Virus record (IMG/VR): IMGVR_UViG_3300010391_001464
Coordinates: 26,145 to 90,144 of that record
Origin: a virus
Reading direction: 5' to 3' (one strand)
Length of the DNA: 64,000 nt
Shown here piece by piece: positions 10,111 to 19,621 of this stretch. Made by a program: the position numbers and the translations under genes. The notes beneath the pieces were generated by a model. That model saw nothing but the letters and a program-made list of their open reading frames with translations. It did not search any database and was not told the origin of the DNA. Position 1 is the first letter of the stretch; each line of letters opens with the position of its first letter.

Positions 10111-12813
10111 ATGCCCAAATTTTTAAATTTTCATGAATTTTGTAAAGAGTTGCCAGAAATAACAAGTGTAAAAATTATAGATAAAAAAAATTTCCATTCA
10201 GAAGGTTTATTTTCTGAGCAGATCTTTGGACCATTAAATAATTATACATGTCAATGTGGTATTTATTACGGCTCATCAAAGGATGGTTATTTATGTCCTG
10301 AATGTAATGTACAAGTTGTAAATAGTGATGAGAGGAGAAGAAGATTTGCAAAAATTATACTTCCTATTCCAGTAGTAAATCCATTATTTTATGATATGTT
10401 AGTAGATATTGGAGATGGAGATTTAAAAGATATATTAGATGAAATTATGAAAAGTGATGTTAGTATTATGTATAAAGATAAAGATGTTTATTATGTTACG
10501 GAACAAGGAAAACAACCGGAAGGAGTAGAAACCTGGGAACGACTTGATGCAATATATGAAGTAGTAAGTAATATCTCAAATAAATTAGCTGAGAAAGGAA
10601 TCGAAGAGTGGAAAATAGTTAATAAAAATTTAGATAATCTAATAATAGATCAGATTATCGTGTTACCACCTGACTTACGGCCAGCAGCTAAGGGAATTGA
10701 GAGAAATAATCAAGTACTTGACCAAATTAATAGGTACTATGCTCAAATCCTTCATAAGAAGGAATCTATGAAGGATACAATTATTGATATTGAAAAAGAT
10801 AAGAAACTATATTATAGTTATTATAGGCAAATTCAAAAAGATGTGTCAGAACTATATAAACATATACTTGAAAAACTTTCTAAAAAAGAAGGACTAATTA
10901 GAGGAAATATTTTAGGGAAAAGAATTGATTTTTCAGGAAGAGCAGTTATTGTTCCTGACCCAACTCTTGACTTAGATTCATGTGTATTACCTTATCTTAT
11001 GTTTTTAGAATTATTTAAACTTCAAGTATCTAAACGATTAATATATAAAGGAAAGTTTAAACTTCTCAATAACGCAATTGATTTTGTTGATAAATGTATT
11101 GAATTAAAAACTACATCATTATTTAGAATATGTGAAGAAATTGCAAAAGATGAAGTATGTATTTTAAATAGACAACCATCTTTACATCGTTTAAGCATGA
11201 TAGGTTTTAATATAAAAATATCATTAGATGAAGTAATTAAAATTCATCCATTGGTATGTCCTGGATTTAATGCTGACTTTGACGGGGATCAAATGGCAGT
11301 ATATGTTCCTATTACTGAAGTCACTAAACAAGAAGTTAAAGATAAGCTTCTAATGTCAAAGAATTTAAATAATCCATCTGACAATAGTTTGAGTACTACT
11401 CCTAGCCAAGATATTATTTTAGGTCTTTATTCTTTATCTGCAAATTTATTTCCAGATTTACTGGAAATAGTTGAATTTAAAGGAAGAAAGATTACAGAAA
11501 GTAGAAAAATTGTAAATGAATGTTTTCCAGATGATTATCCAATAGTAGATGAAGAGTTAAAAAAATTAAATATTATAAAAATTTTGAATGATATTAAAGA
11601 CAGATATCCTGAATCAGTTATAAAGGAAGTATTAGATAAAACTAAATTAGTAGGTTTTAAATATTCTACATTGTTTGGTTCAACAATGGCATTAAATGAA
11701 TGTTACCTTAAAGATGCTGACAAATATAAACAAATTATTTATTCTGAACAAGCAATATCACAACAGTTGAATAGAGTTTCTTCTAATGAAACCAAAGACT
11801 TAATGAAAAAGAACTTTAATTATGCATATACAGTTGAATCTGGAGCTAGAGGAAGTTGGGATCAAGTTAGACAAATCATTTTAACTAGAGGATTTATATC
11901 TAACTTTAAAGGACAGATACTTCCAGTTCCAATTAAACATAGTTTAATAGATGGATTAAATCAAGAAGAATTTTTTCTATCAACATATGGTTGTAGAAAA
12001 GGACTTCTTGATGTAGCTTTAAATACTGGAATCTCAGGTTATTTATCTAGAAAATTAATATTTACTTGTTCAAATCTTCAGTTAGATGAAAACTTAAAAG
12101 ATTGTGGAACTACCGATACATTAAGTATTTTTGTAAAAGATGAAAAGAAAGCAAAAATGTTAATCGGTAGATGGTTTGTAATTAATAATAATTTAATTTT
12201 GATTACAAAGGCTAATTACGAATCTTTTGTAGGTCAAACTTTAAATTTAAGAAGTCCAATATTATGTAAAAGCCCAAAAGTATGTACTACTTGCTATGGA
12301 GATTTATATAAATCTTTACATAGTAAATTTGTAGGAGTTATATCAGCTCAGTCTTTAGGTGAATGTAATACTCAACTCGTTCTCCGCACGTTTCACACGA
12401 GTGGAGTTGCATCTGTAAAAGATAAGATAAATAATAAAGATATGATCCAACAAGATATTATTGGAGATTTATCTTCAGTGTCTAAAATGCTTCATAATTT
12501 TCAAGGAAAAAATTATACAGATTTAGTTAGTAAGCTTTTTGAGGTATATAATAATAGTAGAAAAATTCATCATGTTCATTTTGAAGTATTGGTTGCACAA
12601 TTGATGTGGAATAATCTCCATAAGTGGAGATTATTAGAAGATAGAGATAAAAAAGAAATACAATTTTACTCAGTTCAAACTGTGCCAGCAAAAGAAAGTT
12701 GGTTGTTAGGTTTAGCATTTAGCAACCCAAAGAAAAATATCCTTAGTGGTATTCTTTATCCTGGAAACTATACTGGAGTAATGGATAAAATTCTATGTGG
12801 AGAAAAGATATAG
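10111..12813 (+). CDS. rpoC: Phage multisubunit RNA polymerase beta'-like subunit
   Basis: NADFDGD catalytic motif, GKRIDFSGR, LNRQPSLHR, SGYLSRKL bridge helix, TQLVLRTFH trigger loop, two Cys clusters. Confidence 0.97.
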   Translation: MPKFLNFHEFCKELPEITSVKIIDKKNFHSEGLFSEQIFGPLNNYTCQCGIYYGSSKDGYLCPECNVQVVNSDERRRRFAKIILPIPVVNPLFYDMLVDIGDGDLKDILDEIMKSDVSIMYKDKDVYYVTEQGKQPEGVETWERLDAIYEVVSNISNKLAEKGIEEWKIVNKNLDNLIIDQIIVLPPDLRPAAKGIERNNQVLDQINRYYAQILHKKESMKDTIIDIEKDKKLYYSYYRQIQKDVSELYKHILEKLSKKEGLIRGNILGKRIDFSGRAVIVPDPTLDLDSCVLPYLMFLELFKLQVSKRLIYKGKFKLLNNAIDFVDKCIELKTTSLFRICEEIAKDEVCILNRQPSLHRLSMIGFNIKISLDEVIKIHPLVCPGFNADFDGDQMAVYVPITEVTKQEVKDKLLMSKNLNNPSDNSLSTTPSQDIILGLYSLSANLFPDLLEIVEFKGRKITESRKIVNECFPDDYPIVDEELKKLNIIKILNDIKDRYPESVIKEVLDKTKLVGFKYSTLFGSTMALNECYLKDADKYKQIIYSEQAISQQLNRVSSNETKDLMKKNFNYAYTVESGARGSWDQVRQIILTRGFISNFKGQILPVPIKHSLIDGLNQEEFFLSTYGCRKGLLDVALNTGISGYLSRKLIFTCSNLQLDENLKDCGTTDTLSIFVKDEKKAKMLIGRWFVINNNLILITKANYESFVGQTLNLRSPILCKSPKVCTTCYGDLYKSLHSKFVGVISAQSLGECNTQLVLRTFHTSGVASVKDKINNKDMIQQDIIGDLSSVSKMLHNFQGKNYTDLVSKLFEVYNNSRKIHHVHFEVLVAQLMWNNLHKWRLLEDRDKKEIQFYSVQTVPAKESWLLGLAFSNPKKNILSGILYPGNYTGVMDKILCGEKI

Positions 12814-12814
12814 G

Positions 12815-13828
12815 ATGTACTTTTGCGATTATGGTTGTGGTAATGAAGCAATAATTACGTTCAAAAATGGAAAAAAGTGTTGCCAAGAAAAATATTCAAA
12901 ATGTCCCGGGTTACGAAAAAAATATAGTAACCCGGGATCTAAAAATCCAAGATTTGGTAAGCATTGGTCTGAGGAATGGAAAAAAAATCATTCTGAAAAA
13001 TTAGTAGGAAGAAAGATTAAAAGAACTTTTATTCCTATAAAATTAGAAGAAGACAAAAATATCTTATGTGATTTTTGTAATAAAAGACTAGCTAAGTATA
13101 AATTAAATAATGGAAAAAATTGTTGTGAAGAACATCAAAGTAAATGTCCAGAAATAAGAGTTAAAATAGGAAAAAAAATAAAAGGAAAAATGGTTGGTAT
13201 AAATCATCCATTTTTTGGAAAAACTCACACAGATGAAGTTAAACAATTACAATCTATTAGAGTAAAAGGAAATAAATATAATTTAAATACATTAAATAAG
13301 ATAAATAAAAAGTATCCATTTTTTTCAGAGATTGAAAATACAAAAGAGATAAATGGAAGTTTAATAGTAAAATGTAAACATTGTAAAAAATGGTTTGAAC
13401 CTACAAGATCTCAGTTATATGAAAGAATTTATGCTATAAAAAATAAAGGGACTATTCATGATACAGGAAATTCATATTTTTACTGTTCTTCTGAATGTAA
13501 ACTAGAGTGTGTATATTATTACAGAAAAAAAGATCCTGACATTCTAAGAGAATATGAAAGATATAAACAAAATGTATTAAAATATACTAATAGAAATATA
13601 AAATTTAACTTTGATAAAATCGAAAATTCAAGTAAAAAAATAAATGGAGATAACTTAGAACTGGATCATAAATTTTCAATATATTCAGGTTTTATAAATA
13701 ATATTGATCCAAAAATAATTGGTCATTGGAAAAATTTAAAATATATAAAAAAAGTAGAAAATAGAAAGAAAAGAGAATCTTGTTCTATAACTATTGAAGA
13801 AGTTCTTTCATATTCACAGGAGGTTTAA
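12815..13828 (+). mobile_element. Free-standing HNH/NUMOD3-type homing endonuclease between the RNAP genes
   Basis: NPRFGKHWSEE and HPFFGKTHTDE NUMOD3 repeats, CxxC motifs, C-terminal ELDH...HWKNL...N..K. Confidence 0.8.
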
Positions 13829-13832
13829 AATA

Positions 13833-16800
13833 TTGAATATTATTAATCCTAATTTTAAAGTTAATGAAGATAAAAATATTTTTAATATTAGACAAAAGGA
13901 ATTTGATAACTTAGAACCTTTAATAAGACAAACTATTTCTCCAGTAGAGGAACTTGGTTTTACTGTTAAAGAATTTGGAATCAGAGAAAGTAGATATACT
14001 GCAGGAGATCTAAGTAAAACTTTAAAACAAAATATAGTTATTAAACTTGAGAAAAATAGTACTGATATAGATATAACTTTAGCAATGCCAACATTGGTTG
14101 ATAAAAATTATATAGTTATAGGTGGAAGAAAAAAAATTCCTCAATTTCAATTATTTGATGTTCCAGTTATAACAAGAGGAAAAAGTACTAAAATAAGAAC
14201 GAATGTTGCTACAATTATAGTAGAAGAGGAAAAAAATCCACCATTTATTAGCGTAACTGTATTAAGTAAAAAAGTTCCACTTTCTCTTATTATTTTTGCT
14301 AAATATTCTAAACAAGAAATTATTGATAGATTTAAATTAGTGGACCTTGATGAGGAGTCATTAAAAAGAGATAATTATTATGAAAAATTATTATATGATT
14401 TAAAGAAAACATATATTGAAGCAATAAATTCTGAAATGACTCAAGATGATTTTATTAAAGCTCTCGGTGAGTACTACTCAAAATATAATGCTAAAGTAAA
14501 AGGTGAAGATGTCATATATGCTTTAGATATTATGTTAAAAGTAGATATTATGACCGCTAGATTTTTTAAATCTAAAAATATCATAGATGAAATAATTGAA
14601 GTAATAAAATTAGGTGAGATTGATGATCTAGATTATAGAAATAAAAGAATTAGATGTTTTGAGTATATAGTATTAGCAAAAGTTTCAAAAATTATATTCG
14701 ACCTTTGTACATCAAATAGATCGCTAAAACAACCAAAATTTAATGTAAATTCTACTCAAATTTTAACTGAATGTAACGTGTCTGATATAGTTCAGTTTGA
14801 TTTTTCTATTAATCCTATAGAGGAATTAACTAAACTATCTAGAGTAAGTTTAGTAGGCCCAGGTGGTTTTGATAAACAAAATATTCCGGAGCATCTAAGG
14901 GATGTAGCTCCTACAATGTTTGGAAGAATATGTCCAGTTGATACTCCAGATAGAGAAAATTGTGGAGTTCAGCATAATTTATTACCAAATGTTGATTTAG
15001 ACGAAAATCTTAAATTTACAGATAAAATCCTAGATAAACAACCAATATCTATTCCAGTAGCAATGGTTCCATTCCTAGAACATGATGATCAAACCAGACT
15101 TCAAATGTCTTCTTCACAAATGAGACAGGCAATTATGTTAAAGGATTTTGACCAAGCATTAGTACAATCTGGAATAGAAGGAATATATACTGATCAAACT
15201 CAGTTTTTAAAACGTGCTAAAAAAGATGGAGAAATATTATATGTAGATAATAAATATATAATAGTTGTTTATGATGATAAAGAAGTTGAAATATTTGATA
15301 TATCATATAGAAAAATTTATGTAGGAAATATGGACATATTCAAAGTCTATATAAAACAAGGAGACAAAGTAAAGCGAGGTGATATATTAGCTGAAAGTAA
15401 TTATTGCCATGATGGAAGGATACAATTTGGAAAGAATTTATTAACAGGTGTAATGATTCATTATGGTTATAATTATGAAGACGGTATAGTAATATCAGAT
15501 AGATTAGTAAAGGATGGAATTCTTACTTCTCCTCATTTTGTAGATTTATCATTTAATATCCCAACTAATAAGGTTTTATTAACTCTTGATTCTAAGAAGT
15601 ATAAACCCTTGCCAGAAATAGGCGAAGAGATAAAAAATGGTAATCCCTACGCAATAATAAAAGAAATGCCAACAGATAACATGGTTGATTATTATACTGT
15701 GTTCGAAGAATCAAATCCATTATTAACTAAAAATGACACGATTGTAACTGAAGCAAACATATTTATTAATGAATGGAATGAGAATATTCCAGAATTTAAT
15801 CATTGGGTTAAAGATGTAATTAAAAAGCAAAATAGAGAAGAAGAACAATTTCAAGGAATTCTTAATGAATATTTACCGAAAGACTCAGCTACTAAATTTA
15901 TAAAAGATAATGATTTAGATAAATTTTCATCAGTTGGTAAATATAAAATAAAGAATGAAAAAATAAATGGTATTCATGTAGAAATGTATGGAATATTCTT
16001 TAGGCCTATAAAGGTCGGAGATAAAATTGGAAATAGACATGGTAATAAAGGTATAATTTCAAATATAGTACCACATGATAAAATGCCAAAGTTAGAGGAT
16101 GGTAGACATCTTGATATTTGTATAAATCCACTTGGTATTATATCTAGAATGAATATTGGTCAATTATTTGAATTACATTTAACAATGTCTATTAATGATT
16201 TAAAGAAAAATCTTTTAGTAATGTTGAACAGTAGTTCAAATACTAAACAGATTGATATGAAAAAATATTTAATAGAATATATTAAGATTTTAGATAATAC
16301 TGTTGGTAATTGGTATTCTTGTCAGTTCATATCTCAAATTCCAAAAGTTATAGATGAAAACTTTATAAATAATTTATTTATAGTTCAACCACCGTTTGAA
16401 TCAACTCCAATACAAAAGATTGAAGAGGCATTAAAATTTACAGGTACTAATTTTACTTATAATTTACATGATCCTATTTCTAATCATAATTTCTTAAATA
16501 AAATAGCAGTAGGTTATATGTATTTCTTCAGAATGGTACATATAGCTGAAAACAGACTAGCGGCTAGAGGTATTGCATCTTACGCTAGAAGAACTCTTCA
16601 ACCATTAGCAGGAAGAAAAAACCGTGGTGGACAAAGATGTGGAGAAATGGAAACTGCATGTTTAATTGCGCATGATGCCCCACATAATTTATATGAATTT
16701 CAGACTACTAAATCTGACTGTATAGATTTAAAAAATAAATATATTCGAGAACAAATAGAAACAGATTTAGTTAAAGAAGAAAAAGAGATTGATTCTGTAT

Positions 16801-16862
16801 CAGAGTCAGTTAAATTACTGAATGCATACCTCACTGTAATAGGTGTAGATCGTAAAAACTAA
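13833..16862 (+). CDS. rpoB: Phage multisubunit RNA polymerase beta-like subunit
   Basis: GRICPVDTPD, PFLEHDD, YNYEDG, GDKIGNRHGNKG, SRMNIGQ, GGQRCGEME; TTG start after GGAGG. Confidence 0.97.
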   Translation: MNIINPNFKVNEDKNIFNIRQKEFDNLEPLIRQTISPVEELGFTVKEFGIRESRYTAGDLSKTLKQNIVIKLEKNSTDIDITLAMPTLVDKNYIVIGGRKKIPQFQLFDVPVITRGKSTKIRTNVATIIVEEEKNPPFISVTVLSKKVPLSLIIFAKYSKQEIIDRFKLVDLDEESLKRDNYYEKLLYDLKKTYIEAINSEMTQDDFIKALGEYYSKYNAKVKGEDVIYALDIMLKVDIMTARFFKSKNIIDEIIEVIKLGEIDDLDYRNKRIRCFEYIVLAKVSKIIFDLCTSNRSLKQPKFNVNSTQILTECNVSDIVQFDFSINPIEELTKLSRVSLVGPGGFDKQNIPEHLRDVAPTMFGRICPVDTPDRENCGVQHNLLPNVDLDENLKFTDKILDKQPISIPVAMVPFLEHDDQTRLQMSSSQMRQAIMLKDFDQALVQSGIEGIYTDQTQFLKRAKKDGEILYVDNKYIIVVYDDKEVEIFDISYRKIYVGNMDIFKVYIKQGDKVKRGDILAESNYCHDGRIQFGKNLLTGVMIHYGYNYEDGIVISDRLVKDGILTSPHFVDLSFNIPTNKVLLTLDSKKYKPLPEIGEEIKNGNPYAIIKEMPTDNMVDYYTVFEESNPLLTKNDTIVTEANIFINEWNENIPEFNHWVKDVIKKQNREEEQFQGILNEYLPKDSATKFIKDNDLDKFSSVGKYKIKNEKINGIHVEMYGIFFRPIKVGDKIGNRHGNKGIISNIVPHDKMPKLEDGRHLDICINPLGIISRMNIGQLFELHLTMSINDLKKNLLVMLNSSSNTKQIDMKKYLIEYIKILDNTVGNWYSCQFISQIPKVIDENFINNLFIVQPPFESTPIQKIEEALKFTGTNFTYNLHDPISNHNFLNKIAVGYMYFFRMVHIAENRLAARGIASYARRTLQPLAGRKNRGGQRCGEMETACLIAHDAPHNLYEFQTTKSDCIDLKNKYIREQIETDLVKEEKEIDSVSESVKLLNAYLTVIGVDRKN

Positions 16863-16906
16863 CTAAAAGAAGGGATATATTTATATATCCCATAAGGGAG
16901 AAACAA

Positions 16907-17203
16907 ATGACTACTGTAACAATCGTAACATTAACTATCGAACAAGTAAAAGCTTATTTTGAAGGAAAGGGTCTAAATGTTGAAGATCCTGGAACCACTA
17001 ATCTAACTTATAACAAGATGTTAGTTATAGAAAAAGATGCTGAAGCAACATATGGCAAAGAATTTTCAAAGTTCGTACGTAGTATCTGGGACAAAACCAC
17101 AAAAGAGTCAGCAACAGGAAAGCGTAAATTTTGGAATTACTTTCCAAAGTACAAGTCATGGAATGATTTGACAACTGCCTATACTGCCTCTATAAAGAAG
17201 TAA
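16907..17203 (+). CDS. Hypothetical protein
   Basis: ORF with SD GGGAG. Confidence 0.65.
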   Translation: MTTVTIVTLTIEQVKAYFEGKGLNVEDPGTTNLTYNKMLVIEKDAEATYGKEFSKFVRSIWDKTTKESATGKRKFWNYFPKYKSWNDLTTAYTASIKK

Positions 17204-17345
17204 GCTTAGATAAAAGTGGAGTTGGTTAACCCTGCCATATAATAGGGAGTGGTAAACACTTTTTCTAAACTACAGTTGGTGGAAACTTTAAAAGCCATAT
17301 AGGATTTTTTAAATTGGTAGGGACCATGGTTGGAGGGGACTCTAT

Positions 17346-17376
17346 AAAATCTATTCATTAGAATAGATTTTTTTTA
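17346..17376 (+). terminator. Intrinsic terminator
   Basis: AAAATCTATTC-ATTA-GAATAGATTTT plus T-run. Confidence 0.75.
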
Positions 17377-17437
17377 GTCAAAAAAAGTTTTAAAAAAATA
17401 TCTAGTACACGTTTTTAATTTTAATTGAAACAAATTC

Positions 17438-17452
17438 CTATATATATTAATT
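17438..17452 (+). promoter_or_regulatory. Conserved motif CTATATATATTAATT (putative phage promoter)
   Basis: Identical copies at 39537 and 62052, and 14/14 on the minus strand at 45608-45621; all intergenic upstream of gene starts. Confidence 0.6.
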
Positions 17453-17471
17453 TCTAAGGAGGAAGTTTATT

Positions 17472-17504
17472 ATGACCAAACACTAGCTTATTCGTCCGCC
17501 GTAA
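17472..17504 (+). promoter_or_regulatory. Leader peptide MTKH(UAG)LIRPP-stop
   Basis: SD AAGGAGG then ATG ACC AAA CAC TAG CTT ATT CGT CCG CCG TAA. Confidence 0.65.
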
Positions 17505-17557
17505 AGTAATCTCTTTTATGTAGTATTATTAATTAAAAAACTAAAAAGGAGATTACT
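17505..17557 (+). promoter_or_regulatory. SD-sequestering hairpin for ORF 17561
   Basis: AGTAATCTCTTTT pairs with AAAGGAGATTACT, which contains the SD of the next gene. Confidence 0.7.
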
Positions 17558-17560
17558 AAA

Positions 17561-17974
17561 ATGAATACGATTCAAAACACACCAAAAGAACTATTCAAAT
17601 CAAAAGAACAATATCTACAGTTCATTCAAGCATGGAAAAAAGCATATAAAGAAAATAAACAATCTTTAACTTTAAAGCAACATATGTTGTACGCAATGTT
17701 CAGAAATAAAGATTGGAGAAAATGTTGTACTCCATGTACTAATAAAAATAAAATTAATAATGGTCAAAAACCAAATCAAACCACATTTACTGCATTTTTT
17801 GAATTAAGAAGAAATTATAGAAGTTTATGTGTTTTTGGTGAAAATGTTACGAATGAAATGTACGATAATTTAATTTCAAAATATCTTCCTGACCCAAAAG
17901 AGTTTAATTTAGGCGATTCAATTCCAAATTCCCCATATAAGGTTATAAATGAAACTGTTTGTTCTGGTTCGTAA
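17561..17974 (+). CDS. Hypothetical protein (first gene of the attenuated operon)
   Basis: ORF track; SD AAGGAG. Confidence 0.7.
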   Translation: MNTIQNTPKELFKSKEQYLQFIQAWKKAYKENKQSLTLKQHMLYAMFRNKDWRKCCTPCTNKNKINNGQKPNQTTFTAFFELRRNYRSLCVFGENVTNEMYDNLISKYLPDPKEFNLGDSIPNSPYKVINETVCSGS

Positions 17975-18245
17975 GGACCTTAGTAAAAATCAACAAGCAG
18001 TTCAAGCTGGACATGTAGTAGCTCAATATCTATTACATGTCCAGAATCATTCATGGACTAACGGAACATTAATCTATCTCGGAGTTGATAATAAAGAAGA
18101 GCTAGAGATATGGGGAGATAAATTAGACATGCAAGGATTAAACTGGGTTGGATTTAAAGAACCTGATTTGAATAATGAAATGACTGCATTAAGTATTGCT
18201 TCAGATGAAAATCCTTTCAAAAGATTAAAACTAATGGAATTATAA
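17949..18245 (+). CDS. Pth2-like peptidyl-tRNA hydrolase
   Basis: KLFVLVRKDL....QAVQAGH and FKEPDL...TAL motifs of the PTH2 fold. Confidence 0.75.
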   Translation: MKLFVLVRKDLSKNQQAVQAGHVVAQYLLHVQNHSWTNGTLIYLGVDNKEELEIWGDKLDMQGLNWVGFKEPDLNNEMTALSIASDENPFKRLKLMEL

Positions 18246-18343
18246 ACATGGGATTGATGTAATAACCAAGACAGTACGAAGAGGATAGACATATAACACA
18301 CCATCATTCTCTTAACGACAATCGGGTAAATCAGTCCCATGTT
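18245..18343 (+). ncRNA. Putative structured RNA
   Basis: AACATGGGATTGAT...ATCAGTCCCATGTT closing stem; inner AAGAGGAT/ATTCTCTT stem. Confidence 0.45.
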
Positions 18344-18358
18344 ATTAAAAAAGTAAAC

Positions 18359-18430
18359 ACCTCATTAGCTCAGCGGTAGAGCGATGGTCCCTAAAACCAA
18401 ATGTCACGGGTTCAAATCCTGTATGAGGTA
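18359..18430 (+). tRNA. tRNA with CUA anticodon (putative amber suppressor, Trp-like arm); no encoded CCA
   Basis: Acceptor ACCTCAT/ATGAGGT, D arm GCTC/GAGC, anticodon arm TGGT-CC CTA AA-ACCA, T arm ACGGG TTCAAAT CCTGT; C rather than U at position 33. Confidence 0.7.
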
Positions 18431-18464
18431 TTTAATATTAACCACTAACCAATAAGGACAAAAC

Positions 18465-19211
18465 ATGAAGAGGATTTTCGGAACTATCATCTTATTAGTT
18501 TTAGTAGCATCTAGTGCTTTCGCATATCGTCCCTTTTACACAGAAGATGCTGAGATTGTAGGTGATAAAGTATTTCAAAATGAATTCAGTATCGATCAAA
18601 TAGAATGGAAGTCAGAAGACACAGACACAATTATTACTGACATTGTTTATTACGGAATAAATAAGAATATTCATGTTGCTGCTGGCATCCCTTATTCCAA
18701 ACATAAGATCTATAAAGGAGACTCATTCAAAGGATATGGAGATTTTTTCCTTGTCGGAAAATATATTGTTATAAGAGATAAGAATGATATGGCAAGGATT
18801 GCTATCAAAGCTACCGGAAAATGGAATAATGGTAGTTATGATAAATATGTTGGTTTTGGAGATAAGGAATATGCAGGTATTCTTTGTTTTACTCAACCAA
18901 TATCTGAAAAGATACTTGTCCATGCTCAAAGTGGATATACAGTCGTAACTGACAGAAAAAATCCCGACTATAAGAATTATTGGTTATATGCTGTCGGTAC
19001 TGACCTTACCATAACAAAGAAAGGTCATTTAATTGCAGAATTAATCGCCAATAAAAATTTAATCTCAACTCTTCAACAGCAGAGGTTCATAAATGTTGGA
19101 GGATATTATATTATTAATAATTACTGGAATTTTGACTTAACTTATCGTAATGGATTAACTGATACAGCTCAAGATCATGGTTTTGGTGTTGGCCTTGTAT
19201 TTCATTATTAA
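18465..19211 (+). CDS. Exported outer-membrane beta-barrel-like protein
   Basis: Signal peptide ending SAFA, alternating amphipathic strands, C-terminal GVGLVFHY. Confidence 0.6.
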   Translation: MKRIFGTIILLVLVASSAFAYRPFYTEDAEIVGDKVFQNEFSIDQIEWKSEDTDTIITDIVYYGINKNIHVAAGIPYSKHKIYKGDSFKGYGDFFLVGKYIVIRDKNDMARIAIKATGKWNNGSYDKYVGFGDKEYAGILCFTQPISEKILVHAQSGYTVVTDRKNPDYKNYWLYAVGTDLTITKKGHLIAELIANKNLISTLQQQRFINVGGYYIINNYWNFDLTYRNGLTDTAQDHGFGVGLVFHY

Positions 19212-19621
19212 AAAATTTGAGGAAATATGAAACCTATCAAAAATATAACTAAATGTGGAGCAATATGTATGGATAAGACCAAATAATAAGATTACCAAGA
19301 GGACTCCCTGTTTTATATATAGTTGCTTGGCCATTCGATTTTTTATATACTATATATAAGAAAGAATTTAAAAGATATGGGATCAGTTATACAGAAGATG
19401 ACACTAAGTTTTATATTAAAGGATTTGTTTCTGGAGATACTCATGAGAAAGGACTTAGTATTGTAGCACTCGACAATGAGAAATGCTGTCTTTTGTATTA
19501 TCGAGATGAAAAAGCTGAAATAATACGAAAAACTGCAAGGCTCGGATGGTACAGAAGAAATGAAATTATGGATGCTGGTATTGCAAATTGTCCCTACTAA
19601 ATTATTAAGATAGGAGTAAAT

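Noticed and set aside
12797-13828. Intron or intein splitting the RNAP
   Set aside because: The endonuclease lies between two complete genes, each with its own start and stop
10111-16862. Bacterial chromosomal rpoBC locus
   Set aside because: Reverse gene order, reduced size, no ribosomal-protein genes nearby, and phage structural genes in the same window
19227-19600. Possible frameshifted small gene
   Set aside because: Open segments lie in different frames with no recognisable motif
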